NCBI RefSeq assembly: GCF_004010195.1
Contig: NC_057718.1
Location: forward strand, 10,493,181 to 10,557,180
Reading direction: 5' to 3'
DNA: 64,000 bases
Source of the DNA: Chiloscyllium plagiosum
Lineage: Eukaryota
Under the pieces are notes generated by a model. The model was not told the origin of the DNA. It saw only the letters and a list, made by a program, of their open reading frames with translations, and did not search any database. How positions within the stretch are numbered: the first letter of the stretch is position 1; each line of letters opens with the position of its first letter. This document shows positions 40,024-52,000 of this stretch, piece after piece. The position numbers and the translations under genes are program-made.

Positions 40024-43000
40024 GCAATTTCAGGAGGACACAACAGAATGGCTTACATCTTGATAACATTGAGCAGCAGGAAGTATTCATTAGATTGTTC
40101 ACTCACTATCATGAAGACAAAGATTTCGTAGAGAAATATCTGTTTGCCAGTGTGAAAACGAGGATGAAGCCAGGTGGGATTATAATTACAGAGGGGAATC
40201 CATCATTGCAGGCAAATTTTTTTTGTTAAAAATTTAAATTTGCGACATGTGTGAAGATACCATATGGTTTGTCAGCGGTTTAAAGGAAAAAGAAAATTAC
40301 CCTTTCAGATGTTCTAATGGAGTATTCAGTGCTTAAATGCACCTTTTTTTGAGAAAGGTGCTCCTCAAACAACTGAGTTTTTGAATTCCATGTTTACAGC
40401 TACAAAATATTCAAAATTAGCTAACAGTCAATTTTTAGAACGATAGATGAATAAGTTCACAGAAATTACCAGCGATATGAGTATGCATGGGCTTAGCAAC
40501 AGATCAAAACCACCAGGTTTCAGCATTTAAGTTCTGAACATTTTATTTGTACAGAAGACCTGAATGTTAAAAAACTGAACCATTACATTTTCCACTTCCA
40601 ACAACACTGAATTAGCGAGCCCACGATATTAACCTATGTCATAGAAAGCCATTTTGAAAGTTACTTGAAACTATAAAGATTCCAGTCAATCAGGAGACAA
40701 AGTATCAAGCACAAAACCACTTCACTTAAACTACCTATAAAATGAGTTACTTTTTAAATTTATTTGCAAACACAGACATTCAATAAAGCAAACAGTAAAT
40801 CATTACGACTGCTTAAAGTAGTCAATTGGCTTGTCAGCAAAAGTTTGTAACATAACAACTTGAAATGATGGTGTCTTGCAATGTGCAAGACACCCACTTA
40901 TGTATCACAGAAAATTCATGTGCATTGGCAGTTTAGTCCAATTCATAAGATGGAAGAAGGTAGAAGAATCACTCTCAAGACATGCACTGTATTTAACCAG
41001 GTACACTACTGATTGAAGAGCTGCAAGCAAGTGACAAAAGAAAAAAAAATACAGACAAATATGGACATATTTCAATTACTTGGGCAAGGCAGAAAGGAAT
41101 TTTCCAAATTATACTTTTCTCGTGTCTCCCCAAGAGATTACATCAGCGGAAGAATGGCATAGCAAGTGTCTTGTCATTATGCATCAAGCACAGTAACAAC
41201 TCATTTTCAAGTTTGTATCAACCAATGCAGACTATAACAAATCAACTTAGTGTGATCTTGCAGATAGGGAATCAAGACGAACTGCAATTTTCAGGTGAAA
41301 CTGGAGAGCAGGGCTTGCAAATGTGTATTATAACCCATTTTGAGTAAAAAGAAATACTGATACCCATGCTCACATAAGCACACTCTTAAATAAATGAACG
41401 TGTTAGCAAAATGACTTCCGGCGCTCATGTTCTCCTACCTCCATGTCCATCATAAACTGCAAACATTGCAGTATCTTCATCCAATTCCGGGATACAGTTG
41501 TGTGCATCCTGAAAAACAAATTCATAATAAATTTTAATTTGTACAATTACCTGAACAATGACCTTCCACGCTTCATTAAGCGTCATCATTTATTCCGAAA
41601 CTTGCTACCTTCAACAGATTACTGCCGAGTGTGCTGCTGGGAAAGCATAGCATCGAGGTGAAGGAGGATCGACATTTCGGGCATATGCTCTTCATCAGGA
41701 ATGAGGCTTGTGGGCAGGGGCTGAGAGATAAATTGGGGGGGGGGGGCGGTAACTGAGAAAGCGATAGGTGGATGAAGGTGATAGGTCGGGGGAATGAGGC
41801 AACTGTTGAAATCTATATTTATCCCGTGTGGTTGCAGGGTCCCAAGGAGAAACATAAGGCATTCTTCCTCCAGGCATCAGGTGGTAACGATTTGGTGGTG
41901 GAGGTGACCCAGGACCTTCATGTCCTTGATGGAGTGGGAGGGGAAGTTGAAGCGTTCAGCCACGGGGCGTTGGGTTTGTCGGTGCCGGTGTCCCAGAGAT
42001 GTTCTCTGGGACGATCCGCAAGAAGGCGTCCTGTCTCCCCAATGTAGAGACGACCACACCGGGTGCAACGGATGCAGTACGTGACATTGGTAGAGGTTCA
42101 GGTGAATTTCTCATGGATGTGGAAGGATCCTGTGGGGCCTTGAACAGAGGTGAGGGGAGTGGTATGGGCGCAGGTTTTGCACTTCCTGCGGTGGCAGGGA
42201 AAGGTGCCAGGAGTAGGGCGTGGACTGGTGGGGGACATGGACCAGACAAGGGAGTCGTGGAGAGAATGGTCTCTCCGGAACGCTGATAGGGTTAGGGAGG
42301 GAAATATATCTTTGGTGGCGGAAGATAATGCAACATATGCAGAGGTTGGTGGGTGACAGGTGAGAACTGGGAGGGTTCTGTCCTTGTTGCGTTAGGAGGG
42401 GCGGGGTTCAAGGGCTCTGGAGCATGAAGTTGGAGGCAATGTGCTGTAGGGCATCGTCAACCACGTGGGAAGGGAAGGGAAGTTGCAATCATGGAAGTAG
42501 TACGCTAATTGGGATTCTATGGTGGAATGGGTCATCCTGGGAACATAGGCGGCAGAGGTGGAGAAATTGGCAATAAGGGATGGCCATTGTACAGGAGGTA
42601 GGGCGGAAGGTGGTGTAGTCTAGGTAGCTGTGGGCTTGTAGTAGATGTCTGTGGTTAGTCGGTCGCTGGAGATGGTGCTGGAGAGTCCAGGAAGAGGAGG
42701 GAGGTACCAAAATCGTCCAGGTGAATTTAAGGTCGGAGTGGAAGGTGTTGGTAAAGTTGATGAACTGTTCAACCTCCTCGTGGTAGCACAAGGCAGCGCC
42801 AATACAATCATCAGTGTAGCGGAGGAACAGGTGGGGGGGGGGGTGGCTGCCGGTGTAATTGTGGAAGATGGACTGTTCCACATATCTGACAAACAGGCAG
42901 ACATATCTGGGTCCCATGTGGATGCCCATGGCTACCCCTTTGGTTTGGAGGAAGTGGGAGGATTGGAAGGAGAAGTTGTTGAGGGTGACGACCAGTTCAG

Positions 43001-46000
43001 CAGGCGGATGAGGGTGGAAGGGTACTGGTTGGGACAGCATTAGAGGACGAAATGGAGGGCTTGGAGAGTACCGTCATAGTCGATCGATGTCTACAGGGAC
43101 TGGATGTCCACGGTGAAGATGAGGCGTTGGGGGCCAGGGAAACGAAAATCCTGGAGGAAGAGAAGGGCTTGGGTGGTGTCATAAACGTAGGTGGGGACTT
43201 CCTGGACTAAGGGGGACAGGACGGTGTCGAGGTAGGAAGAGACGGGTTCAGTGAGACAGACACCGGCTGAGACAATGGGTCGACTGGGGCAGTCAGATTT
43301 GTGAATCTTAGGAAGGAAGTAGAATCAGGCAGTGCGAGGTTGACTGACAATAAAGTTGGAGCCTGTGGGTGGGAGATCCCCAGAGGTGATGAGGTTGTGT
43401 TTGGTCTGGGAGATGATGGTTTGGTGATGGGAGGTGAGGACGTGATCAAGGGGGCAGTCGGAGGTGGTTCTGCAAGTTTATCTCTGGCTTCAGTGGTGTA
43501 GAGGTTAGTGAGCCAGACTACAACTGCACCACCCTGGTTTGCGGATTTGATGGTGAGGGTGACGTTGCAGCAGAGGGAGTGGAGGGCTGTGCTTTGTGAG
43601 GGTGAGAGTTTGGAGTGGGTGGAAGGTTGAGCTGGTCGATGTCACGGCGACAGTTTGAAATTAAGAGGTCAAGGAGTGGTTACAGGCCAGCACAGGGTGT
43701 CCAGGTGGATAGGGTGTGTTGGAGGCAGGAGAAGGAGTCCTCAGTGGATGGGCAGGCGGGTGTCCTGGTTGAAAATGTCAGCCTGGAGGCGGAGGAAGAA
43801 ATGTTCAAGGTCGCAGTGTGTGTCAAATTTATTTATCTGGGAGCATAGAGGAATAAAGGTGAGGCCTTTGCTGAGGACTAAATATTTGTCCTCAGAGAGG
43901 GGGAGGTCTGGGGAAATGGTGAACACTTCAACAGATTACCTCCTTGCAAAAAAAAATCAAGAGCAGACCCAAATGGCCCACTGTTGCTCCCATATTCTGA
44001 GTTATAATGGATTACTTATCATGAAATTCCCAGCCTTTGGACGGATTTTATTGCCTTTTTGTCAACTACCTCAGTCGTCCTAATTACGACAAACAGTTTT
44101 AGTCCTCACAGCATAAATATCTTCAAATTATCTTTTGAATGTCATGCAAATACATACAATAATGAAATGAACTATAGATGACAAACTTGTTTGCTCAGTC
44201 CATTAAGGATTTTTCTTTCAAAATGCAAATGAAGCAGAGAAACTAATTCTGCAAATTTGTACAGGTCCTCATGATTTGACCTTTTTTCAAAACTTGATCC
44301 TCCTTAGCCTTCAGGTAATTCATGGATTCTGCTTTCATATAAAGAGAAGTACAAATACGACTCCAACAACTTTCAAACTCAACACATCCATGGTAAAGAA
44401 ATCCATTTGAGTGGTACTCTACTGTTAGGTTGATAAGTCCCTGGGGCCTGATGGTCTACATCCCAGGGTACTGAAGGAGGTGGCTCGAGAAATCGTGGAT
44501 GCGTTGGTGATTATTTTCCAGAGTTCGATAGATTCGGGATCAGTTCCTGCGGATTGGAGGGTGGCTAATGTTGTACCACTTTTTAAGAAAGGTGGGAGAG
44601 AGAAAGCAGGAAATTATAGACCAGTTAGTCTGACTTCAGTGGTGGGAAAGATGCTTGAGTCTATTATAAAGGATGAAATTACAACACATCTGGATAGTAG
44701 TAACAGGATAGGTCGAGTCAGCATGGATTTATGAAGGGGAAATCATGCTTGACTAATCTTCTGGAATTTTTTGAGGATTTAATTCTGAAGATGGACGAGG
44801 GAGATCCAGTAGATATAGTGTACCTGGACTTTTAGAAAGCGTTTGATAAAATCCCACATAGGAGGTTAAAAGGTGACTAAACAGGTAGATGAGGGTAAAG
44901 CCGTTGATGTGGCGCATGTGGGGTACCGCAGGGATCAATGCTGGGACCGCAGCTTTTTACAATATATATTATTGATATAGAAGATGGTATTAGTAATAAC
45001 ATTAGCAAATTTGCTGATGATACTAAGCTGGGTGGCAGGGTGAAATGTGAGGAGGATGTTACAGGGTAACCATGACAAGTTAGGTGAGTGGTCAGATGCA
45101 TGGCAGATGCAGTTTAATGTGGATAAATGTATGGTTATCCACTTTGGTGGCAAGAACAGGAAGGCAGATTACTACCTAAATGGAATCAATTTAGGTAAAG
45201 GGGCAGTACAGAGAGATCTGGGTGTTCNNNNNNNNNNNNNNNNNNNNNNNNNNNNNNNNNNNNNNNNNNNNNNNNNNNNNNNNNNNNNNNNNNNNNNNNN
45301 NNNNNNNNNNNNNNNNNNNNNNNNNNNNNNNNNNNNNNNNNNNNNNNNNNNNNNNNNNNNNNNNNNNNNNNNNNNNNNNNNNNNNNNNNNNNNNNNNNNN
45401 NTGATTGAGACGTATAAGATTATTAAAGGATTGGACACTTCTGGAGGCAGAAAGCATGTTCTGCTGATGGGTGAGTCCCGAACCAGAGGACACAGCTTAA
45501 AAATACAGGGTAGGCCATTTAGGACAGAGATGAGGAGAAACTTCTTCACCCAGAGAGTGGTGGCTGTGTGGAATGCTCTGCCCCAGAGGGCAGTGGAGGC
45601 CCAGTCTCTGGACTCATTTAAGAAAGAGTTGGATAGAGGTCTCAAGGATAGTGGAAGCAAGGGTTATGGAGATAAGGCAGGAACAGGATACTGATTAAGG
45701 ATGATCAGCCATGATTATATTGAATGGTGGTGCAGGCTTGAAGGGCAGAATGAGCTACTCCTGCACCTATTGTCTATTAAACATTCCCTCTCTTGACCAC
45801 TGACACAGGATCAGCGCTATGAACCATACATAGAGTGTGCTGCAGCAACACAAAGCCTCTTTCCATAACATCAAACATAACCACAGCTTCTGTCACCCAG
45901 TAGGACAAGAGAAACAAGCACATGGGAACACCACCATGAACTCCTACAAAACGCCTACCATTCTAACTAGGACTGAAATGAGGAGAGACTTTTTTCACCC

Positions 46001-49000
46001 TGTGAAGAGCCTGTGGGATTCTCTGATTGAGGTCAAAACATTGAAGGTTTTCAAAAGGGAGTTAGATACAGTTCTTTCAGGTTAAAGGGATCAAAACATA
46101 TAATGAGAAAGTGGGAGTAGGGTATCGAGTTAGATGATCAGCTGTGATCATTCTGAATGGTAGAGCCAGTTCAAATGATTTACTCCAGTGCCTATTTTGT
46201 GTTTATATGAATTGCTCACCATAGAAATTCCCAGTCTTTGAACTGCTTTTGTGGCCGCTGTCACATTCAGTTTCAGGCCAAAGGTAACCCACATAATGTT
46301 GATTGCAGAGACTTCAGTGATTATGCCAGTGAATGCTGAAAGATTATTAGATCCTCTTGTTGGAGATGGCCATACCCTTCTACTAAAACGGCAAGTAACA
46401 TTTGTCCCACATTTCATCCCAGGCCTGAATGCTCCTCACATTTGTTTGCATGTGGGCAGACTGAGATGCCCTAAATAGCAGGATGAAAGAACCATGACAT
46501 TTAATGAATATTGCAACCAACAGCAAATATTAGCAGGTTTTGAGAAGATTTGTAGCTCAGGTTGAGGTTTTGGGTGTAGGTTTGGGTCCGCTACATGGAT
46601 GACACCTTTGTCACCATTAAACGAAACAATTAGAGGAAACCTTCAAGACCACCAATAATACCCTTACTGGCATAAAATTCACTAAAGAGGAGGAAAACAA
46701 CAACAAACCGCCATTCCTAGGTGTCACAGTAGAGAGAACAGCTAATGGGGAACTTCAAACCAGCGTCTACAGGAAAACAACACATACGGACCAAACATTG
46801 AACTACAGAAGTAATCATCCCAACACCCACAAACCAAACTGCATCAGAACATTATTTCAATGAGCCAACACATACTGCAGCACAGAGGAACTATGCAGAG
46901 CAGAGGAATACCGTGTATTCAAAAAGAATGGGTACCCAATGAACACAGTCCGCCAATTTCTCAGCAACAAACCCAAACAAGCTGACAAACACGTCCAGAT
47001 ACCCTAGCCACTCTCCCCCCTATATCAAAGGCACCTTGGAAATGACTGCCAGACTACTCAGATGATTTGGCATCATGGTAGCCCACAAAGCCACCAACAC
47101 ACTAAAAACTGCAGCTAATGAACTAGAAAGACCCTATGCAGACAACCATCAAAACTAATGTCATTTACAAAATATTGTGCAAGGACTGTAACAAACACTG
47201 CAGTGGACAAACAGGCAGAAAACTAACCACCAGGATACATGAACACCAACTAGCCACAAAAAGACATGACCCTCTCTTACTAGTATCCTTACATATGGAT
47301 GAGGAAGGACAACACTTCGACTGGGACAACACATCCATCCTAGGACAGGCCAAAGACACGCACAAGAATTCCTAGAAGCACGGCATTCCAACAACAAACT
47401 CTATCAACAAACACATAGAGTTAGACCCCCATCTACCATCCCCTGAGAAAGGGAACAGGAAATAACATCAGCACAGGAAATGACATCACCAACCCAAAGA
47501 AACCCAAACATATAAATGGAAAGCAGGAACTATCAGCAGTGCTTCGTCTGAGGCCCACTGAAGATGTAACCTAGTAGGGTGATGAAACGTCTGGAAATGA
47601 ACCTTCCAGCTCAGTGAGCAAACCTACATCCACAACAGCAAATATCCCCATTTCTGACGTTCTGACAGACATTGTAAAAGCAACTGCAAAGGGGCCCACA
47701 ACATCACACAGAAGAAATCTAGCAGTTAATTGTCTGTGAAGTTCTTGTTTCAACACCTTTTTTTCAATTCAAGTAAACATCATCTTAATTCATGAGATGC
47801 TTTGAACTGCCCAATACAATTATTTTTGCAATTTTTCATCCTTCTAATAATAATCTGTTAAGGCAGGATTAGATAATTCCCACACAGCGAATCTGAAATT
47901 TTACTGTACTTGCATCTGGTCACTCTCATGTATCCCTCCATTTACATTCGTGTGAATACTTGGAGAATACATCAATATACTAATTTTTAAAAATTCAGTA
48001 AGGATAGCCAAGTTGTCAAGGATTATAATTGTCAGAAGTTATACGGAAATGCAAATGACATCTAGACTGCACAATACAACGCGATGTAGTTTTTATTACA
48101 GTCTTTCATTATCTTTTGGGACACTCCTTATTTTTTGTTTGGAAGGTGAAGTCCAAAGAATCAGGACAAAAAAGGGGACAGCAGAAAAAGATACACTGAG
48201 ACAAAGCACAAGTAAAATGAACTAGAACCAACTTAAAAGAGAATAGGAAATTAGCCAAGTAGAAAGATCCTAGACAAATAGAAACAATCACAGTAGAGAG
48301 ATGTTGGGGGAAGGACATGATCAAGAATTTAGATTTTGAAGAGGTTTTTCAATACAAGCAGAGATAAGACTAAAAGGATAATTCTAGTATTTAATGAGGA
48401 AGAATGAATGTTAATCATTCCCCGATGGATTATCAGGAAAGCAATTTATATCTGTAGTTACGTTTCACAGTAACACTTCATTCATTGCAGATCTGAAACA
48501 CAGAATCTCCAGTATGTTTCTTTCATTAAAAGCAGACACATTTCATAGAGCAATCTTCCCAGTTTTCTGGACAATATATAACATTTACTCAATATCATTA
48601 GATTTCCTGTCCGTAACTTCATTATTGTTTTGGGACACTGATGTGCACAAATTAACAACAATTTAAAAACAAAGCACCTCACAGTCCACACAGAGATTTG
48701 GAAACCACTAACAGAGTCACTGTTAAATGTATGGATTAAGTCAGCGTGTCTAAAGATGGGGTGGATCAACTGAATAACAACTTGTTTTAATATTAAAAAA
48801 AGGAAGTTCAGATCCTCATGTGGTGCAATGGCAGTATCGCTACCCCTTGTCCAGGAGGCCCAGGTTCAAGTTCCACCAGAGGAGTGTAATAATATCTCTG
48901 AATAGGTTGATTAGAAAAATAGGTTACATTTTTAAAAAGTTCAGGCCCTCTCGTGCAGTGGTAACATCCCTGCCCAGAACCGGGAAACCTGAGTTCAGGT

Positions 49001-52000
49001 CTTACCTGTTCCAGAAGTGTGTAATAACATCTCTGAACAGGTTAATTAAATATAAATCAAATTATAATAACAAAAAGGGTCTGGTTGGATGCTCTTCGGA
49101 GAGCAGGTGTGGACTTGATGGACTGAATGGCCTGCCTCGATACTGTAGGGATTGTATTAAAGTCTGGGCCCTCTTGTGGTGCAGTGATAACGTGGCTACC
49201 CCTGGATCAAGAGGCCTGGGTTCAAGTCCCAGTTGCTTCAGAGGGGTGTAATAACATATCTGAACAGGTTCATTAAAAATAACTGGTTAAGTAGAAAAAT
49301 AATTGTTTCCGGATATCCTTGGAGTGGGAGTGAATGTTATCCAGGCACTTTGAGGCTTCCCACAACTGGTAGGTATCATTGGGGCAGGAATGTGTTATAT
49401 CCACCAAAACCCCATTTAACTGTATAGTGCCCTTTACGGGGTGTTACATTTTAATTTGGCTTAATTTGATTGAATTAAATGGTTCTCAGGAGTATAAATA
49501 CGGTATTTCTCTTTGTTAATTTGGTTTTTCAAAAGCATATATTAACAATTTTATGGCATAAGCGCAGTGTCCTTACCTCTAGGTCAGAAAGTCTGGGTTC
49601 AAGTCTGACTTGCCCATGAGGTATCATACTAGGTCCAAACATGTTGTTTAAAATAAATAAGACATTGGTAATGTGCGTTGTATAATGAGGAGCTATACAT
49701 TTATAATGTACACGGAGGATAAATCCTGGCTCCTGATCTACTCCTAGCTGTAATGTGTTTAAAAAGTTGTAACAGTTTATTTGCAACTCCAACTACAATT
49801 GCCTTTTAATAAACCCTGGGGTTCCAGTTCCCTTCTTCATACCCTCCATTGTGCATATTTTTATGACATCATATTACACATTCCTTATATATAACTTTGC
49901 CCACTTCTGACCAGCATGCTTTGCTGCTTTATCTGATTGGTTTCAGTTTGGTGGTCAGCTTGTCTCAGATGCAGTTTCTACCTGTTTATGGATTCATGGA
50001 TGACAGAATATAAATCAAACCTTACAATGACAGAGAGACATCCGATGACTTATCAATGCGTGGCAATTGAATGTTTTCATCAGTTTGGAAGAAATGAGGA
50101 TACTAGAGCTAGAGCTATTACATCTGATTTTCTGGTTTTATAATTCTGAAACAAATAGGAGATGTTGATAACCAAAAGCATGAAACCACAATGAGCAGTG
50201 TCTGAAGTGTTGCTTTGATGGGTTTAATTACAAAAAAAGTGTTGAGAAAATCCCACCTGACAACTGTGTACTGAAAACTAAAGTTGTCAAAGTAGAATCA
50301 AAAAGCTTTTAAGCATCAAATGAATTCCTGTGCTACTCAAAGTGAAAGACAACCTTGTTTTGCAAATGTGTTGCAATGAAGAAGCAGATATTGGCAAACA
50401 TCCTGATATGCGTGAACTGAGTAACTGTTATTGGGTTTGTTATCCAGGCACTTTGAGGCTTCCCACAACTGGTAGGTATCATTGGGGCAGGAATGTGTTA
50501 TATCCACCAAACCATCTAACTGAATTTACAGTTTTAATGAGATCAGATTTTTCTATTGTGTCTGGATTGATCAAACAAATGCAAACATGTGAACAGTGTT
50601 AAAATGATAAACAAATGTACTAAAATTGTGGTGTATTAACCAAATAGATTTAACCAAGGTGAAGTTTCTGATGATCCAGAAACAAAAATTAAGCTTTGTT
50701 GCTTTAAGAATGTAAAATATGGAAGTAATGCTAATACTTACATGATACAAACAAGACTACAGTTTTTCAACATTTGGGTGAACAAGTGGCAAGGCCACAT
50801 GCAATCACCAAGTCTATGAATTCTGGGGATCATTCCTGGTGTAAGACACCACAATAACTTGAAGGAAGTCCTGCAGAATTTAGTGTCAGTTTTGGCTGCA
50901 AAACACTTGCCTTCTGGTGCAATGCATTTATATCCAGTGCACTTTGGCATGCACTTACTCCAAGATGCATGTCGAATAAATTTAAATTTTGCAGTCTGAT
51001 TCCAGCTCAGAAAATAATAATCCATTCAAGGATCAGTAGAGGTGGTTAATCAAGTGATTCATGGTGAGTTACATGAAGTAGAAATACATTGTCCAATGGA
51101 GGAAATTCAGAAGTCGACAATTAATTAGAACTAGATAATTTAGAAATAAAATTGAGAAATATTTCTCACACCATTGCAGAAATCTGACTCATTTTCCCAA
51201 GAAAGGTTATGGATACAGGAATAATTGAAGCTTTCAAGACTGATATTGATGGATATTTCTTGGGTAAACAGAACTGACATATAGATCATCCTTACTACTC
51301 CTGTGAACTTGTCTAATTTTTTTTCATTTTATTCTGCATTCATCCTGGTCAGAACGTGTCTTACAAAAACGTTAAACAAATAAAAGTTGTTACATACAGA
51401 TTTCTGTTCCTCCTCACTTGACAGAAATGCTCTTTCATTGGAATTTGAATGTTGCTCATAATTGGTTGTAAATAAATAGGTTCCAATGCAAGTTTGTTCT
51501 TGCTATGAAACTAGTTATTTCGTTGCATCCTAGGAATGGGATCAAATACCAATCATGAGCAGGGATCTAGTCCACACTGGTTTAAGAAGGTATAAAATTA
51601 CTATTAAACATACATGTTTTTCAGCGATGTACCATTTATCTAAGTTTATTTTTAAGCAGAGACATACCAAGAGGACAAATTTCCTCCAGACAAAGACAGC
51701 AAATATTCTTAGTGTATAAATCTCTGCAGTATTTTATTTAAGCTTTTCTGAATTCTGCCCTTTAGTGAAGCACACTACCTGGGGTTGCCTGATTTGAGTA
51801 TTTGAAGTTTGTCAATACAAACTGAAAACGTGCAAACAATTTCCCCCCTCTCAACCCTGAAAAACACTTAGATAAAGTTATTTCAAATGATTAGTTAATG
51901 CCAACTGAATGTTGATGGTGACTTATTTTGTTTGAACCCCTGGCAGCCCCATGGTTAGGATTCTACAGTTCCACTGCCATGGCCCAGAATTGTTTTCTTA

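Noticed and set aside
39840..40229. 129-aa ORF with TH repeats
   Set aside because: Produced by the (CA)n microsatellite and CR1 debris
45047..45694. Long ORFs spanning X runs
   Set aside because: Artefacts of the N gap inside a CR1 copy
49335..49408. Intronic snoRNA interpretation of the 74-bp repeat
   Set aside because: No convincing C/D boxes and only a weak hairpin between the ATAACA motifs
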